Of a stretch of DNA of 64,000 nucleotides, positions 9,960 through 19,654 are shown one piece after another (position 1 is the first letter of the stretch; each line of letters opens with the position of its first letter). The notes beneath the pieces were generated by a model. The model did no database searches, was not told where the DNA came from, and saw only the letters and a list, made by a program, of their open reading frames with translations. Made by a program: the position numbers and the translations under genes. Origin of the DNA: Nitrospirota bacterium. GTDB lineage: Bacteria > Nitrospirota > UBA9217. The DNA lies in the NCBI GenBank assembly GCA_963663225.1, contig OY760142.1, positions 1,728,001 to 1,792,000 of the forward strand, in the 5' to 3' direction.

Positions 9960-10922
9960 ATGTATCTGCCGCTATTTTTGGGTCTTGCCGTCGGCGTGGC
10001 GTTTGGATATGTGTCGCAGCGCGGACGATTCTGAATGCTCTCGACCTGCTACGAGGTCGTGACCGGCCGTGAGCCGAACATGCTGAGAGCGTATCTGCTG
10101 GCAGTGCTCGTGCAGATGCTTGCGGTAAATGTGCTGGCGGAGTTCGGATATCTGCGGGTAGCTGTTCCGCCGTATTTCGGGTTTGCGACCATCATCGCCG
10201 GATTCATTTTCGGCATCGGGATGGTGCTTTCGGTCGGATGCGCAGGCGCCGTGTTCTACCGGGTCGGCGAAGGGAAGCTTGACTATCTTTACGTGGTGGC
10301 TGCGTTTGCCCTGTCTGCCTGGTTCAGCAACGACTGGCTGGTCGGGCCAATCCATCGGTTTTTCCACGGCACGAACACCTCCGCGACCCTCCACCATGCC
10401 TTGACAATTGATCGTCTGCTTCTTGCCGTGACTATTGCTGTGGCGCTCACTCTCTGGGTCATCAGGGGGCGCAACCACGCGGCCCAGGGAATCTGGAAGT
10501 GGCCGGCCACCGGCCTGTGCATCGGCCTGATCGGCATTGCAGCGTGGACTGTACGCGCTGCCGGCGGCAAACCGTATGGGCTTGGGACCATGCAGGGCAG
10601 CGATGGACTTGCGACGTTATTGCTTCAGTGGGACGTATCAGCGATTGACGGGAGCCTGCTGATGGTCCTGGGCATTCCTCTGGGTTCCTTCATCGCTTCC
10701 CGCACCCGCGGCAAATCACCGGGGTTGCCTCTTCATTCCAAGCGGATCATTCGTGCCATTGCAGGAGGACTTCTCATGGGAACGTCGGCCGCTGTTGCCG
10801 CCGGCGACAACATGCTTCACGGCCTGAGCGGTGTCCCGATTCTTGCGGTCAGCAGTTTTCTTTTCATGCTGTTCATGTTTCTTGGAGTATGGGCAGGGAT
10901 AAAGCTCAACTGGCTTCGTTGA
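9960..10922 (+). CDS. YeeE/YedE (TsuA-like) sulfur/selenium transporter, probable selenoprotein (U25)
   Basis: ATG 9960 gives MYLPLFLGLAVGVAFGYVSQRGRF, then TGA (10032-10034), in frame with ORF 10035..10922; the family motif is QRGRFC; also FGIGMVLSVGC. Confidence 0.85.
10042..10059 (+). promoter_or_regulatory. Candidate bacterial SECIS hairpin
   Basis: CGACCT-GCTACG-AGGTCG starting 7 nt after the in-frame TGA; loop begins with G. Confidence 0.6.
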
Positions 10923-10984
10923 ATATCGTGCAATTTTTGAAAATCACTGTGCTAGCCGGGCCGTATGACGGCAATGACCGATGT

Positions 10985-12178
10985 TCAGGGCGCTTTCCTG
11001 AGGACCATGTCTTTCAGCACCTCTCCCAGGAGCCGAATACCGGTGTTGATGGTTTCCTCATCGACACAGGAAAAATTCAGCCGCAGGGTGTTCATGCCTT
11101 TTTTCCCCACGTAAAAGGGATCGCCCGGCACGAAGACAACCTTTTTCTCAACCGCGCGCTCGAACACGGTGAGCGCCGAAACCGTTTCGGGTAGCGTTAT
11201 CCAGAGAAACATTCCGCCTTCAGGTTGGGTATACGTGATTTCGGACGGGAAATGCTTCCGTATCGCTGCAACCATTGCTTCGCGCTGTCTTCCGTAGGCC
11301 TGCCTGATCGTGGCGATGTGCCGGTCCAGATCGTTATCTTTCAGATACTGCAGGATGATTTTTTGACCGAGATAATTCGTGTGCAGGTCTGACGCCTGCT
11401 TTGCGATAATCAATTTTTCCATCAGCTGGTCATTTGCCGTGATCCAGCCTATCCGCAGTGAAGGCGCCACGATCTTGGAAAATGATCCCAGCATTACCGT
11501 CGTATCCGGCATCAGCCGGTAAAAAGAAGGCTTGTCCTGCCCCAGAAAACGCAGCTCTCCATAAGGATCATCCTCGACAAGAATGGTTTTCCTGCCTTTC
11601 ATAACGGCTGCCGCTGCCTGCCGGTTTTCCTCCGTGTAGCTTATTCCCGCCGGGTTCTGGAAGTTCGGAACGCAGTAAAAAAGCTTGGGCGAAGCGTTTG
11701 CGAACACTCTGCGAAGGGCGGCAACATCAATCCCGTCGTTGTTCAGAGGAACCGTCAGGAACGCGGGTTTATAGAGTGAAAAAGCCTGGATCGCCCCCAG
11801 ATAAGCAGGCTCCTCGATGACGACTCCGTCGCCCTCATCCAGAAGTGTCTTTCCGAGCAGGTCAAGGCCCTGCTGTGAACCGGTCGTAATCAGAATATTG
11901 CCGGGGTTTATGGTGATGCCTTTTTTCTGTGTATACCGCTGTGCGATCCAGGTGCGCAGTTCCAGGTCGCCTTCGGATGAACTGTATTGGAGAACCTCTT
12001 TTCCCCGTTCATCGAGGACCTTGTCCGCTGCTGCCCGGATTTCCTTGACCGGAAAAAGATTCCGGTTCGGAAGTCCCCCGGCAAAGGAGATGATGGATTC
12101 ATCGACCGTTACCTTCAGAATCTCTCTGATAAAGGACCGCGGTACGTCGGTAATTCTATCGGAAAAAATATCGTTCAC
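10985..12178 (-). CDS. Class I PLP-dependent aminotransferase (LysN-like)
   Basis: ISFAGGLP, GSQQGLDL, NFQNPAG, EDDPY, GSFSK.VAPSLRIGW. Confidence 0.93.
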   Translation of the reverse strand: MNDIFSDRITDVPRSFIREILKVTVDESIISFAGGLPNRNLFPVKEIRAAADKVLDERGKEVLQYSSSEGDLELRTWIAQRYTQKKGITINPGNILITTGSQQGLDLLGKTLLDEGDGVVIEEPAYLGAIQAFSLYKPAFLTVPLNNDGIDVAALRRVFANASPKLFYCVPNFQNPAGISYTEENRQAAAAVMKGRKTILVEDDPYGELRFLGQDKPSFYRLMPDTTVMLGSFSKIVAPSLRIGWITANDQLMEKLIIAKQASDLHTNYLGQKIILQYLKDNDLDRHIATIRQAYGRQREAMVAAIRKHFPSEITYTQPEGGMFLWITLPETVSALTVFERAVEKKVVFVPGDPFYVGKKGMNTLRLNFSCVDEETINTGIRLLGEVLKDMVLRKAP

Positions 12179-13605
12179 AATGCCCTCCTGGTCCGCTCTT
12201 TTTGTGCAAGAGTGCCGAGCGTCTTTACAGCTTCTTTAATTGTTTCGTTCCAGCCCGATGCGTTGAGCCTCAGAAAATTGCGGAATTTCCGGCGCGATGA
12301 AAAAATGGGACCCGGAGCAAAGCTGATTCCCGATCCCAGAGCCTTTTCGTAAAGACTGAGGCTGTTAATATGCGGCGGCAGCTCGACCCAGAGCACCTGC
12401 CCGCCCTGCGGTCTCGAAACTTTTGTCCCTGACGGAAAATCTTTTAAAACAGCTTCCGCCAGAAGGCCGGCATTCCGCGCGTATACTGTCCGTATGGACC
12501 GCAGGTGGCGATCGTAGCCTGAGCGGGAAAGGAATAGAGCCAGTGCCAGCTGAGGAGGCGTCGATACCGCCAGGTTGGTAATGGATTTAATCCGCTCGAT
12601 TTTTTCGCAGAATTTTCCGGGAACAATCCATCCGACCCGATAACCCGGCGCGATGGTCTTGGAAAAAGACGAGCAGAGCAGGACCATTCCCGCTTTGTCA
12701 TATGCTTTGGCGACTGTTGGCCTTCGGTACGAATACGAAAGGTCGCCGTAGGTATCATCTTCGATGAGCGGAATATCATAACGGAGAAGCAGCTCGACCA
12801 GCTCTTTTTTACGATCGTCCGGCATGCAGCTTCCGAGCGGATTGCTGAAGTTCGTCATGAACAGACAGGCTTTTATCCGGTTGCGTTTGATTGCACTTCG
12901 CAGTGCGTCGAGGTTGACGCCTTCCCGCGCGTGCGAGGGGATTTCAAGTGCTTTCAGACCGAGCATCTCGATTGCCTGCAGAAAATTGTAATACGTGGGT
13001 GATTCGATTGCCACGGCATCGCCGGGTTTGCAGAGGACCTTTAACGCAAGGATGATCGCTTCCTGGCAGCCCGAAGTGATGACGATGTCGTCAGGAGAAA
13101 AGGTGCATCCTGCCGTGAGCGCTCTCCGGGCGATCTGGGTCCTCAATTCTTTGCACCCGGGTGAGAACTCATATTCCAGATTTCTCGCGGGATATATTCG
13201 TGCGGCAGCGGCAAGGGCCCGGTTGATCCTGTGGACGGGAAGCAGTTCCGGGGCCGGAATGGCGGCACCCAGCCTGATTAAATCGGGCTTCCGGTCGTTA
13301 TTGAAGACCGTTGTCACGAGATCATCTATGTTCACCTTGGTCGGGGTTGCCGAGGGCCGCGAAAGGGAAATTTCCGGATGCCCCCCTGCCGCAGGAGGCA
13401 GCACGTAATAGCCCGATTGAGGACGGCATTCCACGAGCTGCTGGTCCTCAAGCAGCCGATACGCTTCCATGACCGTGGCAATGCTTACTTTCATCTGCGC
13501 CTTCAGGCTGCGTATGGAAGGAATTTTGTCGCCGGGATGATACGTTCCCGTTGCTATCAGATGTTCGATGCGCCCGGCTATTGATTCGTAGAGAGTCGTT
13601 TTCAT
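12175..13605 (-). CDS. MocR/GntR-family PLP-dependent transcriptional regulator
   Basis: N-terminal wHTH (PGDKIPSIR...PQSGYYV) plus aminotransferase domain (SSFSKTIAPGYRVGW); 4-nt overlap with the aminotransferase gene. Confidence 0.93.
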   Translation of the reverse strand: MKTTLYESIAGRIEHLIATGTYHPGDKIPSIRSLKAQMKVSIATVMEAYRLLEDQQLVECRPQSGYYVLPPAAGGHPEISLSRPSATPTKVNIDDLVTTVFNNDRKPDLIRLGAAIPAPELLPVHRINRALAAAARIYPARNLEYEFSPGCKELRTQIARRALTAGCTFSPDDIVITSGCQEAIILALKVLCKPGDAVAIESPTYYNFLQAIEMLGLKALEIPSHAREGVNLDALRSAIKRNRIKACLFMTNFSNPLGSCMPDDRKKELVELLLRYDIPLIEDDTYGDLSYSYRRPTVAKAYDKAGMVLLCSSFSKTIAPGYRVGWIVPGKFCEKIERIKSITNLAVSTPPQLALALFLSRSGYDRHLRSIRTVYARNAGLLAEAVLKDFPSGTKVSRPQGGQVLWVELPPHINSLSLYEKALGSGISFAPGPIFSSRRKFRNFLRLNASGWNETIKEAVKTLGTLAQKERTRRAL

Positions 13606-13687
13606 CTCAGTACTCCTGACGTCGCGGCACTGCTACTGTACGCCCGGAAAGCAGGTCCGCGCAAGGTGCAGTTGATGCGTTCTGCAA

Positions 13688-13750
13688 CCAGTACAGTATT
13701 AGTATCACAAAACTGTTATGGTTGCAATCTTGGTTGCTCGTATCTGTATT
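13688..13750. promoter_or_regulatory. Putative MocR-family operator
   Basis: CCAGTACAG (13688) and CTGTTATGG (13713) form a 7/9 inverted pair, plus CTGTAT at 13744, in the divergent intergenic region. Confidence 0.5.
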
Positions 13751-13793
13751 TAACAACAATCCTGCTGTACGATGCTCCGACAAGAGGATTGCC

Positions 13794-14090
13794 ATGAAGA
13801 ACAGAAATAAGTCGGGAAAAAGAACATCCCGGAATCTTACTGCTCCGGCGGGAGATGCAAAGCTGATCAGGCTTGGTTGCGGTGACCTGTTCCCTGTAGA
13901 GGTACGGAGTTGGCCTGTGGAAATATGCTATATCAGCGGCACACTATGGGTTACCCAAGCGGGTGATCTGCAGGATCATATTGTTTCCTGTGGTAATGCC
14001 TTCACAACTGATCGAAAGGGCCGAGTGGTAGTTTGGGCGATGACCGCTGATGTTGTGGTCAAGATGCGGAATAACGGTCCGATTACATAG
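13794..14090 (+). CDS. DUF2917-like small protein
   Basis: ATG after GAGG; SGTLWVTQAGDLQDHIV motif; typical position divergent from a MocR regulator. Confidence 0.75.
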   Translation: MKNRNKSGKRTSRNLTAPAGDAKLIRLGCGDLFPVEVRSWPVEICYISGTLWVTQAGDLQDHIVSCGNAFTTDRKGRVVVWAMTADVVVKMRNNGPIT

Positions 14091-14232
14091 CTGCTGTAAC
14101 GAGTTGAAGGCTTTTACTTCGGCTGTCAAAAACCGAAATTATGCTCATGACTTTCTCGGCAAGATGGAATCGATTGACCAAAAAACAAAGAATTATGTGG
14201 AACAAAATTATTTTTTGTGTTACTATGGTTGT

Positions 14233-15228
14233 ATGCGTGACACTATACATGTGCGGGAATTGGAAGTCGGCATGTTCGTCCTTCTTCCCTATTCGTGGCT
14301 GAAACCGCCCTTCATCAGCCGTGAATTCAAAATTACCTCGCAGGACCAGATTGATAAGATCGTTGACTATGGCTTGGCCACCATCATTATCGATACGGAA
14401 CGAGGGGCACGCCCGCAAGCCGCATCCTCCGAAGTTTCTGAATCCCCGGCCGTATATCCTGTAAAAACATGGGAGCCCGAGAAGCTGGTCCCGCCCGAGC
14501 TGCGTGAGGCCATTCACGACGAGAAACTTCCTCCGGAAAAAAAATCCAAAGTAGTGTATCAATGTTCTTTGGAGCTTATGGGCCGGTTGTTCGACGACCC
14601 CAAGACGGAAAATATCAGAGAAGCAAAGTCCGGGATCACCGAGATCGTTGATCTTATCATCTCGGATGACGCAACGTCGGCCGCGCTGCTTGAAATCACG
14701 TCGTACGATTACTATACCTATGCCCATTCGGTGAACGTGGGCGTCTTTTCCGTCCTGCTTGCCAAGTCTCTCTACAAAGGTTCAGACGCACATAACATGC
14801 ATGAACTGGGAGCGGGATTTTTCCTGCATGATATCGGGAAGGTCCGCATCGCTCCGGAAATCGTCAACAAACCGGACAGACTTACCGATGACGAAATGGC
14901 AATCATGAGAACCCATCCCGACCAGGGGTACACGATTCTTTCGGAAACGGAGCACTTGACGGAGGAATGCAAAATCATCGTCTCGCAGCATCATGAGCGA
15001 CACGACAGCACCGGATATCCAAAAAAGCTCAAGGGAGAAGAGATACACTCCTACGGTCGCATCTGCAGCATTGCGGACGTGTATGATGCGCTCACTGCGG
15101 AACGGTCTTATAAAAAGAAACTGGACACCTACAGCGCGCTCAAAATCATGAAAGAACAGCTTTTGAACCATTTTCACCAGGAACTATTCGAGCATTTTGT
15201 ATTGCTCTTTGCCCAATCCAGACGATAA
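14233..15228 (+). CDS. HD-GYP phosphodiesterase with N-terminal DUF3391-like domain
   Basis: YTYAHSVNV, LHDIGK, HHERHDSTGYP, IADVYDALT; ELEVGMFV N-terminus; start reassigned to ATG 14233. Confidence 0.88.
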   Translation: MRDTIHVRELEVGMFVLLPYSWLKPPFISREFKITSQDQIDKIVDYGLATIIIDTERGARPQAASSEVSESPAVYPVKTWEPEKLVPPELREAIHDEKLPPEKKSKVVYQCSLELMGRLFDDPKTENIREAKSGITEIVDLIISDDATSAALLEITSYDYYTYAHSVNVGVFSVLLAKSLYKGSDAHNMHELGAGFFLHDIGKVRIAPEIVNKPDRLTDDEMAIMRTHPDQGYTILSETEHLTEECKIIVSQHHERHDSTGYPKKLKGEEIHSYGRICSIADVYDALTAERSYKKKLDTYSALKIMKEQLLNHFHQELFEHFVLLFAQSRR

Positions 15229-15320
15229 TCCACAGAAACCTCCACTGATTTCATTTGTTTTCGGAAGCGTTCTGCCTCCCTGAAAAAGTACGATGTTTTT
15301 CCGGCATGGTCGTAATAAAG

Positions 15321-15349
15321 TTGCTAAACTAGTAAATGAATTATATGAT
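15321..15349 (+). promoter_or_regulatory. Candidate sigma70 promoter
   Basis: TTGCTA-N17-TATGAT. Confidence 0.5.
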
Positions 15350-15457
15350 ATTGTGCATGGGATTGCGCAGACCGGGCCAAAACAAAGAGGAAAATATCAG
15401 CTACAGCGTCTGACAACGTTTGCCAAAAAGGCAGTCCGGACTAAAGGGGGATTTATC

Positions 15458-15790
15458 ATGACCGAGTATTATAAAGCAGAAGATCTTGAAAAGTTTGGCG
15501 ATGTGGGAAAATACAATCCTGCACTGTTCAAAAAATTCATGGACTGGTACACGGCGTCGCTTGAGCCCGGCATGCTTACCAAACGTGAAAAGGTGCTGAT
15601 CGGCGTGGCGATTGCGCACGCTATTCAGTGCCCGTACTGCATAGACGCCTACACCAAGTCCAGCATCGAAGAAGGACTGAGTCTGGAGCATATCACGGAA
15701 GCGGTTCACGTGGCTTCAGCCATTCGGGGCGGGGCATCGCTCATTCACGCGCTTCAAGCACGGAACGCAGTTGATAGAAACTCTCTGTAG
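15458..15790 (+). CDS. AhpD/CMD-family peroxidase-like protein of arsenosugar (arsS) clusters
   Basis: ATG after AAGGGGG; LTKREK...AHAIQCPYCIDAYT...AIRGGASL; directly upstream of arsS. Confidence 0.88.
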   Translation: MTEYYKAEDLEKFGDVGKYNPALFKKFMDWYTASLEPGMLTKREKVLIGVAIAHAIQCPYCIDAYTKSSIEEGLSLEHITEAVHVASAIRGGASLIHALQARNAVDRNSL

Positions 15791-15816
15791 GTACCATAAT
15801 AAAATAAAAAGCGCAT

Positions 15817-16770
15817 ATGAAATTCCAAGACAAAGTCATTGAAACCGGGGAAAAACCGCTGCAGGCCCTGCAAAGCAGAATATTGCAGGCAAACCTGGGC
15901 TATCGCTGCAATATGGGTTGCAAGCATTGCCATGTGTCCGGTGGACCGGCACGGCCCGAGGTGATGGACCAAAAAACCGCGGAGCAGGTCCTTCGGGTCT
16001 TTCTGGAGAATCCCTTTGAGTTGCTGGATCTCACGGGCGGCGCCCCGGAATTGAACCCGTCCTTTCGGCTGATGGTGGCTGAAGCGCGCGGGGCGGAACG
16101 GAAGGTCTTGTCCCGGACAAACCTTACGATCTTTTTTGAAAAGGGAATGGAATATCTTCCGGAGTTTTACCGGGAGCATCAGGTTGAGTTGATCGCATCG
16201 CTTCCGTATTATCTTGAGGAGAACGTTGACCGCGTGCGCGGCGCTGGCGTGTATAGGAAAAGTATTGAGTCCCTTCAGGTGCTGAACCGGCTGGGCTTCG
16301 GCATGGAATCATCGAATCTCACCATCAGTCTTGTCTATAATCCGCAGGGGATGTTTTTCGCGCCCGACCAGCAGACCCTTGAGTCGGAATTCAAGCGTGA
16401 ACTCAGGGAACGGTACGGCGTTTTCTTCACTCGGTTGTACACATTCACGAATATGCCGATCGGCAGGTTCAGGGACTATCTGATCAGAACGAATAATCTG
16501 AACGCTTACATGGAAAAACTTTCGCGCGCGTTTAATCCGGCTACCCTTGACAATGTCATGTGCAGGCATCTGGTGAATGTAGGATGGGATGGAACGTTGT
16601 ATGACTGCGACTTCAACCAGGTGCTTGGACTCGGCATGCATGCGGATTTGCCGCGGCATATTACGGGTTTTAATTACGCGAAGTTCACGGGCCGCACTAT
16701 TACCGTTGATGACCATTGCTACGGCTGCACGGCCGGGCAAGGATCGTCCTGAGTGGGCGCGGTTGCCTAG
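15817..16770 (+). CDS. arsS: Radical SAM (seleno)protein ArsS
   Basis: CNMGCKHCH, LTGGAPELNP, ASLPYY, YDCDFNQ, HCYGCTAGQGSS-TGA(16750)-VGAVA-TAG(16770). Confidence 0.88.
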
Positions 16771-16786
16771 CAGGCGGTCGCCTGCT
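16769..16786 (+). promoter_or_regulatory. Candidate bacterial SECIS hairpin
   Basis: AGCAGGC-GGTC-GCCTGCT with the loop 24 nt after the TGA; outer GGTT/AACC pairing is possible. Confidence 0.7.
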
Positions 16787-16999
16787 GAAAAACCAATCTG
16801 ATGGGTTGCTTTCACGTCGTTCCCGCATAAATTTTCAGCACAATCTTTCCTGCTTTCGGCTCCATAGCGATTAAGTATTATATTACTTGTTCGTCGCGTC
16901 GAGCTGCTCAAATTTTTCTTGGAAAAACATAAAAAATGATGTAAAATTTGAAAAACTGCATTACTGGCCAATCTGCAGTTCAGAAAAAGGGCGGTCTAC

Positions 17000-19624
17000 T
17001 TGAAAAAGTTTTTTTCACTATCCATCCGGGCCCGACTGTTCCTGATTACCCTGATAGTGGCCCTTCCTGCGGCGGGGATCATTATTTACTCCGGATTGAA
17101 GCTGCGGGATGAGGCAATTCAGGATGCGCGCGAAGAAACCCGGAAAATCGCGGAGAGCATTGCCGCGGAACAGCAAAGCCTTGTTACAGCCGCGCAGCAG
17201 CTTATCATAGCCTTAACTCAATTGCCTGATGTCAAAAATCAGAATCCCTCCCGTGTCCAGCCTGTTTTAAAAAATATCCTCGCGTTAAACGAACAATATT
17301 CGAATATCTTCATAGCCGACCGCAGCGGCCGTGTCTGGGCAACGGCGGTGCCGGTAAAGCCGCCGTTCATTATTTCCGACCGCCGGTATTTCGTGAATGC
17401 GATCGCAAGCGGCCGCCTGTCATCCGGGGAGTTTATCATCAGCAGGGCCACGGAAAAACCCTCGTTTAATTTTGCCTATCCCCTGCGAAACGAACGCGGT
17501 GAAATTACCGGAACAATCAATGTCGGGTTTGTAACGGATTCCTTTACGCCGTTACTGGAGCGCACCAACCTGCCGCAGGGAACAGTTTACATGCTTCTTG
17601 ACCATGCGGGACGCGTGATGAGCAAATCCATCGATCCCGCGAAGTACCTTGGAAAGCAGATTGCCCCAGCGCTTTTTGCGCGCATGAAAAAAGGCGCTGT
17701 CATGGAGACGTTCATCGGCGTCGATTTTGACGGCACTGAACGCATTATAACCTACCGTAAACTGCATCTTGCGGGAGAAGAATCTCCCTACATGTATGTC
17801 CGTGCCGGCATCCCGGTCACCGTCGTTTTGTTCGATGCGAACAAGGTGCTGTTCGGTAATTTGGCGTTGTACTCGTCTTTTCTTTTGCTCGCGTTTTTCG
17901 TCGCCTCCTACATCGGCAAACGTTTGATTGCTGATCGCATCAGCCTTTTGGAAAAGGCCTCCCGCGACCTTGCCCACGGAGATCTGCAGACCAGAATTTC
18001 CGACCTCGTCGCCGGCGGCGAACTGGGGAACCTGGGCCGGACATTCGACGACATGGCGAGTCAGCTTGCAGCGCGGGAACAAGCGCTGGTTGAAAGTGAA
18101 AAAAATTATCGCGAAATATTCAACACCTCGCAAGACGCCATATGTGTACTGAATGCAGTGTCCGGGGAAATTACGGAAATGAACAAGACCGTTGAAACAA
18201 TGTTTGGGTATTCCCGGAAAGAGCTGCTTCATCAGACAGTGGAGGCAATCAGCGCAGGGGAACCTCCCTACTCACGGCAGGAAGCTTTGGAATGGATCCA
18301 AAAGTCATTTCAGGAAGGGCATCAGCTGTTCGAATGGTTGTGCAAAAAGAAGAACGGAGAACTGTTCTGGACGGAAGTGGTTCTGTCAGCCACTCATGTT
18401 GGAGAAAAAGGACGCGTGCTTGCGGTCATCAGAGATATTTCCGAGCGCAAGCGGGCGGAAGAAGAGAAGCAGAATCTGCAGCTGCAACTGGTCCAGTCGC
18501 AAAAAATGGAGTCCATCGGCCGTCTGGCGGGTGGTGTTGCGCATGATTTCAACAACATGCTGAGCGTCATCCTGGGCTATACGGAATTAATAAAAAACCG
18601 CTTGCCAGGAAATGATCCCTTTCTTCCCGACCTTCAGGCAATAGAAAAGGCGGCCTGCCATGCCCGTGACGTGACTACCCAGCTTCTTGCGTTTTCCCGA
18701 AAACAGGTCATCGTGCCTGTGCCGATAAACCTGAACGACATTATCGCCGACACCCAAAAAACGCTTGCTCCACTTATCGGGGAAGACATCGAGCTTCTGT
18801 TTGAACCGAGCATCTCTCTTTGGAACATCATGTTCGACCCTTCACAAATCAAGCAGATTCTCGTAAATTTGGCGGTGAACGCCCGGGATGCCATGCCTGC
18901 CGGCGGCAAACTTATCATCAAAACGACCAACAAATCCATACGGGATTTCCACTATCACGACCACGGCCCACATATCCTGGGAGACTATGTGCTTCTGGAA
19001 GTGAGCGACAATGGACATGGTATGGATGCGGAGACCATTTCCCACATATTCGAACCGTTTTTTACCACAAAGGGTGTTGGCGAGGGGACCGGGCTTGGGC
19101 TTGCCACGGTCTACGGGATTGTCGAACAAAACGGAGGGTTTGTCAGCGTTTCCAGCATGCAGGATGTGGGGACCACGTTCAGCGTGTATATTCCAAAAAG
19201 CATGGAGCAGCCGGCAAAACCTGCACAAACTGAAGCAATACAAGCTTCTACCGGAACCGGCAGAATCCTGCTGGTCGAAGATGATTCTATGGTGTCCAAA
19301 TTGCTGGTCGATATGCTTTCTTCAATCGGGTACACGGTTTTTCTGGCGAACAAACCTGCCGATGCGGTATCCTTGTGCACAAAAAGCGAAATAGAAATCG
19401 ATCTTCTCATCACGGATGTTATCATGCCGGATATGAACGGCAGGGAATTAAGAGACCAGATCAAGCTGCTTCGTCCGGAAATCAAAGTCCTGTTCATGTC
19501 CGGCTACGCATCAGATGTAATTGTGCACCAGGGCATTCCGGAAGAAGAGATGCACTTCATACAAAAGCCGTTCAGTATTGCTGATGTCGCACACAAGATC
19601 CAGGACGTGCTCAGAGCTTCATAA
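17000..19624 (+). CDS. Hybrid sensor histidine kinase (Cache-HAMP-PAS-HisKA-HATPase-REC)
   Basis: Two TM segments; GGVAHDFNN, NARDAM, FEPFFTTK, GTGLGL; C-terminal LLITDVIMP receiver. Confidence 0.93.
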   Translation: MKKFFSLSIRARLFLITLIVALPAAGIIIYSGLKLRDEAIQDAREETRKIAESIAAEQQSLVTAAQQLIIALTQLPDVKNQNPSRVQPVLKNILALNEQYSNIFIADRSGRVWATAVPVKPPFIISDRRYFVNAIASGRLSSGEFIISRATEKPSFNFAYPLRNERGEITGTINVGFVTDSFTPLLERTNLPQGTVYMLLDHAGRVMSKSIDPAKYLGKQIAPALFARMKKGAVMETFIGVDFDGTERIITYRKLHLAGEESPYMYVRAGIPVTVVLFDANKVLFGNLALYSSFLLLAFFVASYIGKRLIADRISLLEKASRDLAHGDLQTRISDLVAGGELGNLGRTFDDMASQLAAREQALVESEKNYREIFNTSQDAICVLNAVSGEITEMNKTVETMFGYSRKELLHQTVEAISAGEPPYSRQEALEWIQKSFQEGHQLFEWLCKKKNGELFWTEVVLSATHVGEKGRVLAVIRDISERKRAEEEKQNLQLQLVQSQKMESIGRLAGGVAHDFNNMLSVILGYTELIKNRLPGNDPFLPDLQAIEKAACHARDVTTQLLAFSRKQVIVPVPINLNDIIADTQKTLAPLIGEDIELLFEPSISLWNIMFDPSQIKQILVNLAVNARDAMPAGGKLIIKTTNKSIRDFHYHDHGPHILGDYVLLEVSDNGHGMDAETISHIFEPFFTTKGVGEGTGLGLATVYGIVEQNGGFVSVSSMQDVGTTFSVYIPKSMEQPAKPAQTEAIQASTGTGRILLVEDDSMVSKLLVDMLSSIGYTVFLANKPADAVSLCTKSEIEIDLLITDVIMPDMNGRELRDQIKLLRPEIKVLFMSGYASDVIVHQGIPEEEMHFIQKPFSIADVAHKIQDVLRAS

Positions 19625-19654
19625 CGGCCGGTTCCGTGGTCTGGAGACGCAGGG

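Noticed and set aside
9960-10034. YeeE gene as a nonsense pseudogene
   Set aside because: The TGA falls exactly on a conserved Cys codon, a hairpin follows, the rest is intact and a second Sec-type gene is nearby; disfavoured but not excluded
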